Program-made: the position numbers and the translations under genes
NCBI RefSeq assembly: GCF_018977255.1
Contig: NW_024704743.1
Span: 65,908,001-65,972,000 of the forward strand
DNA length: 64,000 nt
Direction of reading: 5' to 3'
Source of the DNA: Callorhinchus milii
Lineage: Eukaryota
Notes under the pieces: model-generated
What the model was told of the DNA's origin: nothing
Seen by the model: only the letters and a program-made list of their open reading frames with translations
Database searches by the model: none
In this document: piece after piece, positions 51,232-63,862 of the stretch
Position numbering within the stretch: position 1 is the first letter of the stretch
Layout of the letters: every line of letters begins with the position of its first letter

Positions 51232-51998
51232 GTCAGCCTGGTACAGTGATAGCACTCTCAACTCTGAGACAGAAGGTTGTGGGTTCAAGCCCCACTTTGG
51301 GACTTGGAATCACATAGTCTAAGATGACACTCCAATGCAGTGTTGGGGTGGGGGTTTGATTGTCGGAGGTGCTGTACTTCAGATGAGACGTTATAATAAT
51401 AATAATAATAATCCTTGCATTTGATATAGCGCTTTTCACATCGGGAGGACGTCCCAAAGCGCTTCACAGAACACACTGTAAAGTGAATTGACTGTATATT
51501 TGTGGCCGAACGCGGCAGCCAATTACACACAGCAATGTCCCACAAACAGTCGTGGATTGAAAATGACCAATTTATTATTGTTTTTTTTTGGTTTTTGGAG
51601 GGATTATTATTAGCCTCTGTATGGAGTAAGGAAACTTGCCCAAGATTTTGCCCTGCCTGGAATTGAACTTAGGTCTCTCACTTGCAAAGCGAGCGCTCTA
51701 ACCACTGAGCTACAGGACTCCACCAAGGTCCCATCTGCCTGTTCAGGTGGATGTTAAAAATCGCATGGCACTATTTGAAAAGAGAAGGGAGTTTCTCCCA
51801 GTGTTATAGCCAACATTCCCCAAAATAAAATTGATCACTCACTCCATGGCTGTTTTGGGGACATGGCTGTGTGCAATTGGCTGCTGCATTTCACCTACAA
51901 AATATACAATCAAGCCACATTATTGTATATACTGTGAAGCGCTTTGAAACGTCTGAATGATGTGATCAGCCTCTACATCAAATGTAAGGATTATTATG
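51232..51998 (+). mobile_element. Old Deu-SINE (family C), full length, split by a family A SINE
   Basis: Head at 51232-51300; TGTCGGAGGTGC..AGATGAGACGTTA core; tail at 51935-51998. Confidence 0.82.
51392..51721 (-). mobile_element. SINE family A, full length, inserted in an old Deu-SINE
   Basis: Splits GGATGAGACGTTA / ACCAAGGTCCC of the host SINE; no TSD. Confidence 0.93.
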
Positions 51999-52954
51999 AG
52001 TATCTGGTTTAGTGGCTCTATACCTCTGTAAGATCTCTTCTGAGCCATCTGTTTTCAAAGCTGTATTTAGAGGTTGGAGTGTTATCACTATGTGATACAT
52101 ACTTATGGCTCCAAACGAGAACTTAAAACTAGAAACTAAAAGCAATCAACAGAGTACTCATTGATGTTTTGTCTTTTCATTGGCTTCAAACCTGCCTATC
52201 AGATTAATCTTTTAAAAAATTGCTCTTTACTAAAATAAAGTGTGTGAATAATTCCAGGCATGCTGTTCTCTGTACTCGTAAATAGCATCTGTAACCTATG
52301 AAAATCTTCCAGCTCAACCTGTTTTGATTACAGTTAGTGACAAATTAGATTTTCAGCTCTCCGATATGCTGCCTAGTGTGAAGGGCACTGGGTAAATGCA
52401 AGTTGTTGTTGTTGTAGTGAGCATGAATTTGCCCTCTCAGGGCATATTCACAGTTATTTTATTGAATTAGCTTAATATTGGATAGTTATCCTGATGTTTC
52501 AGGAGCTCTTTGTGTGATATTAGGGTCATGAGCTGAAAATATCCAGAGCTAAAGGTTAAATAAATATGATTTCTTTGGCTTCCCTGTACACGCACGTCCT
52601 GCCTTCTGAGTGACACTAGCGTTGCCACAGCAAAGGAATGTAACCCACTTCTTACTCAACATGTACCCTGGAGCAGAGGACTTTTCTATTGATACAAGGG
52701 ATTTGGCTAGAAGACATTGCTAATACAGTCCAGACATGTCTGCATTGTAAATCTAATCAGGAATCAACCTATGAATTTCAATACACTGATTATGGTAGTT
52801 GGATGTATATTGCATCTATTTTGCAATATTTGGAAGAAGTGCTAATTGTGAATTCCATTTTTCTGCTTAACAGCAATATTTCAAAACTACTCATTCCTTT
52901 CTTATGAAGGAATCCTGTAAAGATTACCACAATTTAAATTGTCTGTTGCTTTCA

Positions 52955-53262
52955 TGTAGGGCAAAATGTTAGGTAAGTTTCCTTACCCCACACATCTCTG
53001 TTTACTTAGCAGTAAGTAAGAACTCAGTTGTTAGTCAGTCGATCGGCAGATCGCTTTTCCGAGGCTAATAATCCCTTAAAGAACAAAATAGTCACCCAAT
53101 CCATGACTGTTTGTGGATCACTGCTGTGAGCAATTGCCTGCTGCGTTTCGCCCACAAATATACAGTCAATTCAGTTTAAAGTATATTTTGTGAAGTGCTT
53201 TGAGATGTCTCGAGAAGGTGAGAAGGCGCTATATCAAATTCAAGAATTATTATTATTATTAT
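52955..53262 (+). mobile_element. SINE family B
   Basis: B-specific block, body and tail. Confidence 0.8.
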
Positions 53263-53689
53263 TGCACTTTGTCTTCAGTCCTCTGTGAGATTGGCTGATG
53301 ATATGAAGGCTCTTGCTTCAAAAGCATTTATGGCTTGTATTACCCTCCGCTGCCTGTTCATCTGCCTGCCTACCTTCTCTTACTAACTTTGCAGTATTAC
53401 TAAAATCAAAGAAAAATTAAATAGGTCACTTTCAAATGAAATGGTGAATGTTATTCTGTGATTTCTGCTGGAGCTTTACTTAGCCATTTCGTGTATTGTT
53501 TGGTTGACATCAGCTGCTGTCCCATGTGTTGAGCACATTTATTTGTTACCGGTCTTGTTTTTTCTTCTATTTTGCTCAATGGCTTTGCAGGCATATATTT
53601 TCACTTTCTTTTAGAAATTATGAGGAAAAGCACAGTCAAAAGGATAACAGTTGAACAAATGTTAAATCCCTTTATACCAAAGCATTTTT

Positions 53690-53890
53690 TTTGGGAGGGA
53701 TGATTACCTCCGGAAAGCGATCTGCCAATCAACTAGCAACTGGCTTCCTACTTACTGCTGGGCAAACAGAGGAGTGTGCAGTATGGAAACTTGTCTAAGA
53801 TTTTACCCCACCCACCCGGGAATTGGGGAATCAAACTTGTGTCTTCTCGCCAGCCAGGTGAGCTCGCTAAACATTATCCTACGGGACTCC
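53690..53890 (-). mobile_element. SINE family B, 5' half
   Basis: Head plus B-specific block. Confidence 0.7.
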
Positions 53891-53923
53891 ATAAAGAAAG
53901 AGATTGACAGATAACTGGGTCAT

Positions 53924-54241
53924 GGAGTCCTGTAGCGCAGTGGTTAGAGCATTCGCTTTGCAAGCGAGAGACCTGAGTTCAATTCCAGGCAGGGCGAAAC
54001 CTTGGGCAAGTTTCCTTACTCCACACACCTAATAATAATCCCTCCAAAACCAAAAACAATAATAAATTGGTCATTTTCAATCTACGACTGTTTGTGGGAC
54101 ATTGCTGTGCGCAATTGGCTGCCGCGTTCACCCACAAATATACAGTCAATTCACTTTACAGTGTGTTCTGTGAAGCGCTTTGGGACGACCTCCCGACATG
54201 AAAAGCGCTATATAAAATGCAAGGATTATTATTATTATTAT
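53924..54241 (+). mobile_element. SINE family A, full length (first of a tandem pair)
   Basis: Complete match to family A. Confidence 0.93.
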
Positions 54242-54255
54242 GGAGGTAATAAGCT

Positions 54256-54577
54256 GGAGTCCTGTAGCTCAGTGGTTAGAGCACTCGCTTTGCAAGCGAG
54301 AGACCTGAGTTCAATTCCAGGCAGGGCGAAACCTTGGGCAAGTTTGCTTACTCCACACGCCTAATAATAATCCCTCCAAAACCAAAAAAAACCCAATAAT
54401 AAATTGGTCATTTTCAATCTACAACTGTTTGTGGGACATTGCTGTGCACAATTGGCTGCCGCGTTCGCCCACAAATATACAGTCAATTCACTTTACAGTT
54501 TGTGCTGTGAAGCGCTTTGGGACGTCCTTCCGACGTGAAAAGCGCTATATCAAATGCAAGGATTATTATTATTATTA
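54256..54577 (+). mobile_element. SINE family A, full length (second of a tandem pair)
   Basis: Complete match; an extra tail remnant follows at 54577-54607. Confidence 0.93.
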
Positions 54578-55194
54578 AAAGCACTATATCAAATGGAAGG
54601 ATTATTAAGGTGTATGGCAAAAGGGACTAAAATATCTGGCAAGATCTGGTAAACTGGTTGAAAGCCTTGATGGACAGAATTGGTCTCCTACACTCCTGTT
54701 TTCTAATATTACTGTGTTTCTAAACCCCTATCCTGTACAAGTGTATTATCTTTCAAAACTGCCAAACAAGTGAATAATTCAATTGAGAAAGATTGACTAT
54801 AATGCAAATCACCCAGCTCTGCGCTGTGAGACTTGCAATGTCTCATCTGTGATAAACATTAAAAGCCTTGGTTTACTAATTAATTCTGATCTCCATCCAA
54901 TATTACCTCACTTGGCAGATATGAATTTTAAAGAACACTGAAACTGCGGATGATGAGCAGTAGAACCAAGCTTTCTGATGATCATCATTCTGTGACCAGA
55001 TTTCTTACCATCTTTAGCACTTCTTTATTTCAGTGTAGACTAAACATGATTGCCAAACCAAGGAGTTGAATGTTTATTAGAGACAAGATTTTGCAAGTTT
55101 TACAGTGAGGAGCTGGTTGGGTAACATCATAATCAATCTTTCTCAGTTGAGTTATAGACTTTTCTTGTACACCAGTTATTGTCCAGTTGTCCAT

Positions 55195-56100
55195 TTATAG
55201 AATCATAGAATATTACAGCACAGAAGGAGGTCATTTGGCCCATCATGCATGTGCTGGCTCTTTGGAAGAACTACCCAATCAGTCCCACTCTCCCGCTCTT
55301 TCCCCATATCCTTGCAAATTTTTCCTTTTCAAGCACTTATCCAATGTCCTTTTGAAGGTTGTTATTGAATCGCTAACGAGTGGAAACATACCTTTTAAGA
55401 CAGTGCATTCCAGAATGTAACAACTCTCTGTTTAAAAAAAATTCTCCTTATCTCCCCTCTGGTTCTTTTGCCATTTATCTTGAATCTATGTCCCCTGGTT
55501 ACCAACCCACTTGCTACAGGATACAATTTTACTTGTCTATCAAAACCCTTCATAATTTCTGAACACCTCTATTAAGTATCCCTTTAATGTTCTCTGCTCG
55601 AAGGAGAACAATTCCAGCTTCTCTAGTCTCTCCATATAACTAAATTCCCTCATACCTGGTACCATTCTGGTAAATCTTCTATGCACCCTCTCTAAGGCCT
55701 TGATATCCTCCCTGTAGTGTGGTGCCCAGAATTGGACACAATACTCCAACTGAGGCCTAACCAGTGACTTACAGAGATTTAGCACAACTTCCTTGCTCTT
55801 GTACTCTATGCCTCTATTTATAAAGCCAAGCATCCCTTACGCTTTTTTAAACAGCTCTATCAACCTGTTTGCTGTGTATGTTGAACCTCCAGGTCTCTTT
55901 GGTCCTGAGCCCCCTTTAAAATTGTACCATTTATTGTATATTGACTCTCCTCGTTCTTCCTTCCAAAATGCATCACCTCACACTTCTCTGCATTAAACGT
56001 CATCTGCCATGTGTCTGCCCATTTCGCCAGTCTGTCTATGTCCTCCTGCAGTCCGCTACTATCCACCTCACTGTTTACTACATTACCAAGTTTTGCGTCA
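55195..56100 (-). mobile_element. CR1 LINE 3' fragment
   Basis: LQEDIDRLAKWADTWQM, LVRPQLEYCVQFWAP, RRFTRMVPGM; (TTCTATGA)-like 3' terminal repeats. Confidence 0.92.
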
Positions 56101-56590
56101 AAACAAGATTCCTCGTTTGCCTAACTTTGCTTGCTGTGTGTTTTTACTTTCTTGAAGTATCACACCAGTCCTTGCCAGGCTCCACAGGGCTGCCGATCGA
56201 CTTCAAGATCCTCTCACTCATTTTCAAATCACTTAATTCCCTAACACCTCCCTACCTATCTGACCTGTTTATGCCCCACGCCATCACCCCCTGCCTCTGC
56301 TCGGCTGCCTCCGGCCTCCTAATTTTCCTTGTGCCTCCTCTCCACCATTGGTGCCGTGCCTTCAGCCACTATACCCCAATACTCTGGAACTCTACCTCCA
56401 TCCCTCAACCTTACCCCCTCCCTCCCCACCTTCAAATCCTGTCTAAAGATCTTCCTTTTTGATCGTGCTTACAGTCACCTTCCGCCTCCCTCTCCCCTGG
56501 CTTGTTGTCGGACTCCACCACTGTGAAGTGCTCTGGGATGCTAGCCTACATGACAGGCGCTATATAAATGCAAGTTGTTGTTGTTGTTGA
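56100..56590 (+). mobile_element. Degenerate L2 3' fragment between CR1 pieces
   Basis: IDFKILSLIFKSL; tail GGCGCTATATAAATGCAAGTTGTTGTTG. Confidence 0.8.
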
Positions 56591-56900
56591 AGGGATGGCA
56601 AATCTCATGGAAATGGTAGCACAGATGGAAAGGGCTGTAATAAAAGCTAATCATATTCTGTGTTTTATATATAGGGTCAGAGAGCACAAAGGAAAAGTAA
56701 TAATGCTGAGTTTGTACAAATTATTGGTTCGGCCTCAACTGGAATACTGCATTCAGCTTTGAGGCATTGAAGTGGGTACAGAGGAGGTTTATAAGAAGGA
56801 TACCAGGATGAAGAGCTGTAGCTGTGAGGAAAAATTGGGGTCCATTTTCATGGAGTAGAGAAGATTGAGAAAGGAGGTGTACAAAATTATTAGGAGGGTT
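56590..56900 (+). mobile_element. CR1 fragment
   Basis: KANHILCFI..LYKLLVRPQLEYCIQ. Confidence 0.75.
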
Positions 56901-57299
56901 TACAACAACAACTTGCATTTATAAATCGGCATTCACGTGGGGTAGCGTCTCGGAGTGCTTAACTGGATAAATAAGTAGATGGCAAAGATATGGTATTCAC
57001 TTCCTATGATATGATCTCTGCTGTATGAATGAGGCAGAGTGCAGTTTCAAAAACTGCTTTGCAACTATTTGAGTCCGGACCTTTTTCCCTCTAACCTCTC
57101 AATCCTTGTCCTCAAACACTGCTCCAACCAAATTCAATGAAAACTCAATATTTTGAGCTTGGAGTCCATATCCACTAGGAATTGGGAAGAGACAGTCCAA
57201 AACATATTTTACATTCAATCTTTGTAGCCAAAATTCAAAGCCTGATGTCAGCAAGAGACCCAACAGAATTGTTTACGCTGAAAATTGGATGGAAGAGAT

Positions 57300-57355
57300 T
57301 TTCATTTCACTAATCGTAGGCTGGATTCAAACCCTGGTCCCAAGAGGTGAAAGTA
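57300..57355 (-). repeat. Possible LF-SINE-like head fragment
   Basis: Minus strand reads CTTTCACCTCTTGGGACCAGGGTTTGAATCCAGCC; short match only. Confidence 0.35.
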
Positions 57356-59565
57356 CATTTATAGGTCAGCGCTGCTTACCATAAACACCCGATTTACACA
57401 GCAACTAGTTCTTTTCTATCCCCTGTTGATGTTAGACCTTGAATAGTGCAAAATGCCATGTTATGTTCTGTATTCCAGAAGGAGTTTGTATTGCCAGGAA
57501 CAAAACTAATGAAGTAACATCTGTCATCTGCAAATATTTTGTAATGTATCTGAGGATTAATTGAGGCTTACATATATTTATAAGAACGTATAGGACCAGA
57601 AAGACCATTGAGGTTATTCTGACCAGTCCCAGACTAAGATAACAATGGTACTCCATCTCTCACACTTGCCAATGGATTTCTTCACCAAGTAACTATCTAA
57701 TTATCTCTTGAATTTATTGACATAATTTGCCCTTTCCACATATTGATCCCTTGCTGTGTAAGATAAATAAACCTGAACAGTTTCCTCATCTTCTCACTTC
57801 TAATTTTGAGTCTGAAATGCTGTACTCTAGCGCCTTGGGACATCCTCCCCTCGTGAAAGGCGCCATACAAATGTAATCTTGTTGTTGCTGTTGTTATTAT
57901 TGAGTCCACACCCTCTACTTTTAGAATTTGTCAAACATATTGTTAGGTTGCAGTTTATATATACCCTTCAGCATCTTCAATACATCAATAAGATCTCCCT
58001 CTGGAGGACTACACATAGTTCTGACTGACATGACAAAAAGCAAATTGATCACGTTCTAAAATCAGTGCAATTGAGATCAATGAGGATAAGGATATTAGAG
58101 GGATGAGCTGTGAGGAGTGTTTAAATAAGCTGAGGTTCGTCAGCCTTTAAAGGAAGACACCTGAGGTGGTTCTGTGAGAAATAAAGCATTGAAGAGAAAG
58201 ATAAACTAAATGAATTAATTTGTGCACACCATATTACTATTGTTGAATAAGGGAGCTACAATTTGGGAAGTTAAAAAAAAATCAGTGTTCAAAATTGAGC
58301 AAAATTATGACTCCCTTACTTTTGGAGAAAAAAAGTAACCCTGTAAAAATTAGACTATACCAAGTGCTTGGTAATGGCAGATTCATTGATGTATTTGCTG
58401 ATCTCTGTATTTTTTAAAACATTTAACACCAGTTCTCATCTACAGCTTCTTGCTGAACCATAAATATGGGCACAAACCCATTTACAAAGACCAGACACAT
58501 CACCTTAGAAAAACAGAACAATTGTGAATAGCTGCTTTAATGTCAAACGTTCTGCTGCTGCTTCTTATACACTTCCATCCATCTGTCTGCACCTTTAATG
58601 CATATCAAAGTAAGCAGCTGCAGACCTAATTTTAAAATCTTATCTGTTCCTGCACTTACACTTTGGGGACAAAACTAACATCCCACATTAGCATTCAAGG
58701 CTGTGACATAGTAATGCCTGGAGGAGTTTTGAAGCACAAAAGAACTCTTTTTAATGGGGAAACCAAAATAGTAACCTTCATTCAATTCAGCTCCTTGGGT
58801 TTTTAAAAACAAGAGTTCTGGAAACCTTGAGAGTACAAGAGCAAGTGCTGAAAGTGGAAGCTGGGAGAATCATTAAAACTCAATCTTGCTGACAATCACA
58901 ATCCAGAAGGGAACTTCTCCACAGGAAAGTCTTCTTCACAGAAAATATCTTCCCCACATCCTGCATGAACATCAGCATCTTCTTATGTTCATAGTTATTC
59001 TGCCTATGATGGACAATGCCCTCCAAATGATGTTAGGATGTCAAGAGAGACTTCAGGCTTTTCTTCAACAAATATGGAATAATTTAGCACTTAACCATTA
59101 CATTACAACTCTGGTTTTGCACCAAACCCTGTGATGTGTTGGGCTTGTGGAGGGGGCATGATTGTCTGTTGTCTGAGCATGATTTTGCACCTATTAATGT
59201 CCATTTTCTTCCTTCTATTTTCACAGTTTCTGTGAGATACATCACCTTCACGAGGCAGATGACATTGGAACAGCTTATGTCCCTTCTAATAAGGCAATGT
59301 CATCCATGCAAACACCTCAACTTATCAAAATCGGTATGGCCAGGTGCCCTCCTTTCAATGAAGCCACTCAAAATCGGTATTGTTCAGGCCAGGTGACAAT
59401 AGGGCAGCAGAAACTATGGAGTAATATTGTTGAAGGAACTGTGTAGAAATGAACAATGAAGAATTCAAGGATTATTATTATTCTATGAAACAATTGACAC
59501 CCGACATAACCGTACTCTGTACCCGCACTATGAAACCACTTATGTACTTAAGTTATTTACTTCTA

Positions 59566-62500
59566 GCCTCACCGCGGCACTCGGCGTTGGCTGTCCAGCA
59601 GCAGCCACACCGACTGCCCCATTCCCCACCACTCTCGCCAGCCACCCCGGACACAGACCCGGGGAGTCAACCTCTCCTCCCTCATCCCCATCTCCCCCAC
59701 CCCTGCCTCACAACCTGGACCCCCCTCCCCTCCCACACACCCTTCTGTCAACCGCTCCCTCCACATCGGACTGCAAAATGTCCGCTCCCTCTGCAACAAG
59801 GCCCTGGTCATCAACGATCTCATCCTTGATGAGAACGTTGATATCATGGCCTTGACAGAAACTGGCTCACCCCAGGCGACACCTTCCCCCTCACGGAGGC
59901 CACGCCACCCGGCTACACCTCCCACCACATCCCCCGCCCCAACCGCCGTGGCGGTGGTGTTGCCCTTATCTCAAGGACACCACTTGCCCTATCCCCCTAC
60001 TCCACTGGCTCTTTCCCCTCCTTCGAGCACCTCACCCTCTCCCACCCCTCATTCCTCTCCCTTAAAATCCTCCTCCTCTACCGGCCCCCTAAAACCTCTC
60101 CCACCTTCATCTCTGACATTTCAACACTCCTCACATCTCTTTGCCTCTGCTCCGATCGCCTCATCATCCTGGGCGACTTTAACCTACACTTCACCCCTCC
60201 TGCTCCATCTCCACAGACTTCTCTTCCCTGCTCTCCTCACTCAACCTTTCCCTACACATAAACTCCCCCACTCACAGTCACGGCCACCCACTCGATTTGG
60301 TGATCACCCGGGGCCTCAGTGTCTCGGATGTCACTATTACCGACAAGGCCATCTCCGACCACTACTTCATCTCCTTCACCACCTCCACCCCCTCCCCACC
60401 TCCACCAGACCCACCACCATCTTCTACCGCCCTTGGAAGAAGTTACCCCCACAATCCCTAACCGATGCCTTGGAGTCCTCTGAACTCCTCTCCCTCTGGC
60501 CTTCAACCCTCACCGACCCCTCTTCTCCTCTCTCCCTCCTCCACAATATCCTCTCCTCCACACTCGATACTCTTGCCCCCATCACTTCCCGCACTGTCTC
60601 CTACTCCCGCTCCTCCCCCTGGTACACCACCCACCTCCGCTCACTGAAATGCCAGGTGCGGGCTGCTGAGCGCACCTTTGTCAAATCCGGCTTAACGGTC
60701 CACCGACAAATCTGGCTGGACCTCCTCAAAATTTACCGCTCCACTCTAGCCTCGGCCAAGTCGTCCTTCTACTCCAGGATAATCCTGGAGGCGAAGAACA
60801 ACCCCAGGCTACTGTTTTCCACCACATCCCGACTCCTCCGTCCCCCCCGCCACCCCGCGCAGGTCATCTCCTCCAACCTTCACTGCGAGGAGATGCTGGA
60901 TTTCCTTGAATCCAAGATCAAGGGAATCCGCTCCGCGGTCACTTCCCCTCCAACTTCCACCCACCACCCACCCCTTCCCTCCCACACTCCGACTCCTACC
61001 CATCCTCCCCTACACACCTTCGTACCCGTTTCCCCACCCTCTGTCACTGAACTCATCCTATCCCTAAAACCAACCACCTGCTCCCTTGACCCCATCCCCA
61101 CTCCACTCCTTATCTCCCAGCTCCATTTTCTTGCCCCACACATCACTGACATCATAAACCTGTCCCTCTCCTCTGGCTCTGTCCCCATTCCATTAAAAAC
61201 TGCCATCATCACGCCCACCCTGAAAAAACCCTCCCTTGATGCGTCGCAGCTATCAAGCTACCGGCCCATCTCCAACCTCCCCTTTCTCTCCAAGGTCTTG
61301 GAAAGAGTTGTCGCCTCCCAACTGCGCTCTTTCCTCTCCACCCATTCTCTTTTTGAACCCCTTCAGTCAGGTTTCCGTGCTGCTCATAGCACAGAAACTG
61401 CCCTGGTCAAGGTCACCAATGATATCCTGACCATCTGTGACCAGGGCTCCCTCTGTCTCCTCGTCCTCCTCGACCTATCGGCAGCATTCGATACGGTCGA
61501 CCACACTATCCTACTCCACCGCTTGTCCTCCCACCTCAACCTTCAAGGCACTGTCCTTGAATGGTTTAGGTCGTACCTTTCTCACCGTCTTCACTTCGTC
61601 TCAACGAATGGCTTCTCCTCCACCCCCGTACTGTCTCATGTGGTGTCCCTCAGGGCTCTGTCCTCGGTCCCCTCCTCTTCACCCTCTATATGCTCCCCCT
61701 TGGTGACATCATCCGCAAACATGGGGTTAACTTCCACATGTATGCGGATGACACCCAACTCTACCTTTCCTCCTCTACTCTCAACTCCACGACCACCGAT
61801 GTCCTGACAGCCTGCCTGTCCGACATCGAGTCCTGGACGAGAGACAACTTTCTTCAGCTCAACGTGCAAAAAACCGAGGCCCTCCTGATTGGCTCACGTC
61901 AGCGCCTCCGCACCTCAGGCGCTGACACCATCAGCATCCAAGGCTGCACTCTCCACCTCTCAAAGCCAGTCAGGAACCTCGGCGTTTTGTTCGACCCTGA
62001 GCTGTCCTTTCTCCCTCACATCCGCACCACAACTGGCACCGCCTTCCATCACCTCCGGAATATCGCCAGATTACGGCACTACCTCACCCCTCACGCTGCT
62101 GAAACCCTGGTTCACGCCTTTGTCACCTCAAGGCTGGACTATGGGAACTCTCTCCTCGCCGGCCTTCCCGCCACCTCCCTCCACAAGCTGCAGGTCATTC
62201 AGAACTCTGCAGCTCGTGTACTGTCCCGCACCAGGCTTCGGGACCACATCACTCCCACCCTCGCTCGCCTCCACTGGCTCCCCATCCCCCAGAGGATTGA
62301 TTTCAAGATCCTCATCCTCACCTACAAGGCCATTCACGGCCTTGCTCCCTCCTACCTCTCCAACCTACTATCCCCTACCTACCTGCCCGTACCCTCCGTT
62401 CCTCTGGCTCCGGTCTGCTCCACGTCCCCCGCCCCAACCGCCCTACTATCGGTGGTCGGGCCTTCAGCCTCTCAGCCCCGAGGCTCTGGAACTCCATCCC

Positions 62501-62787
62501 CCAGTGCCTTCGCCTTGCTTCCTCCCTTTCCTCCTTCAAGGCCGGTCTCAAAACCTTTCTCTTTGACCGTGCCTTCAGCTCCCCTCTCGACTCTCTTCCT
62601 CCTCCTCGCTCCCTCCCTTCCCTCCCCTCACCCTGACCATTTCCCCCTCCTCTCTCCCTCCCTTCCCTCCCCTCACCCTGACCATTTCCCCCCTGCTCGG
62701 GTCATGACCCAACTGTGCAGCGCCTTGGGACGTCCTCCTGACGTGAAAGGCGCTCTATAAATGGAATCTTGTTGTTGTTGTTGTTGT
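59566..62787 (+). mobile_element. L2-clade LINE, near-complete ORF2 (APE endonuclease + reverse transcriptase), frameshifted, 3' end intact
   Basis: APE motifs across frames: IGLQNVRSL..DIMALTET(W)L (~59765-59865), RRGGGVALI, LYRPP, IILGDFN, GHPLDLV, SDHYFI. RT motifs: [61 protein letters not shown]-terminal LHWLP. 3' stem-loop GCGCCTTGGGACGTCCTCCTGACGTGAAAGGCGC followed by (TTG)n. Frameshifts near 59862, 60200-60400, 61625 and 62375. Confidence 0.95.
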
Positions 62788-63484
62788 AGCCACAAGGTAC
62801 CACATACATCATTCAAACATTTCCCTTTTTCCTTTTCAAATTGATCATTTATGGTATATTTTAATTGTTAAAAAAAAACTTACTTTGGTTTTAATTCCTA
62901 TAAGCATGAAATGTGAGTTTAAAAGTTTTTACACTGCTTTTACAGTGTACTCCTTCCTGCTTGTTCACTTGCCTTTATTTATTTTCTAATACCATTTAGG
63001 TATTTTGTTCATTTGTTCACCTTGTTCATTTCTAGCCTGCCTAACCCACACATCCCTGAACCAAAAAAACAAATCGAAATTCAACAATCCTTAGAGGCCA
63101 AAGAAACATTTCCTGCCAATGCTGAAAAATAATACAAGGAGAGATGCTCACCCTTGACCTGCACATGCACCAGAATTCAAGGATGCTGAGTTAAATGATA
63201 GGTTATTGTTTGCAACTAGGCTGTGTAGGTCTCCATCCCTTTAAAATCAACAAGGTCAAGTACACATTGGGGATGGCTTCACTATTGATAAAATATTCAT
63301 TTCCGCTGCCTACAGTAAGATGCTTTGGTAAACACAGGTTTCAGGCTTGGATTTAGAGTGTCTGAACTTTGAATTTAAGGTTCAGCTGATTTTGTGAAGT
63401 GCTTTGAAACGTCCTCCCGATATGAAGTGACTGCAGCACGTAGTTGATTATGGATTAGTGTAGTTGCAATCACTATCGACAATA

Positions 63485-63862
63485 TAATAATAATAATTGC
63501 ATATCCAGAGGACATCTCAAAATGCTTTCAGGATTTTACTGTGACAGTAAAATCTGTGAGTGTAGTGATTGTGTTTGTGTAGGCAAACATGGCAGCCATT
63601 TTCACAGAACCATGTCTCACAAACTCAAACAGAATGATCAATTTTATTTGGGAGAATTTTTGGCCAGTACAACAGGAGACCCTCCCTTTTCTTTTCAAAT
63701 AGTGCCACAGGATCTTTAGCATTCACCTGAAAATGCTGGCAAGGCCTTGGTTTAATGTCTCATCCAAAGGACAGCACGTCTGAAGGGCATTTCCATAATG
63801 GAGCTTGAATCCACAACCTTCTGACTCAGAGCTAAGAGTGCTCCTAACTGAACCATTTTGAC
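63485..63862 (-). mobile_element. Old Deu-SINE (family C)
   Basis: Head, Deu core and tail. Confidence 0.72.

Noticed and set aside
53924..53995. tRNA-Ala(TGC) genes
   Set aside because: The tRNA-like sequences are SINE heads continuous with SINE bodies, with no good acceptor stem or terminator.
59846..61807. 653-aa ORF as an intact protein
   Set aside because: It is a frame chimera: the first ~185 aa and the last ~60 aa are out of the true L2 ORF2 frame.
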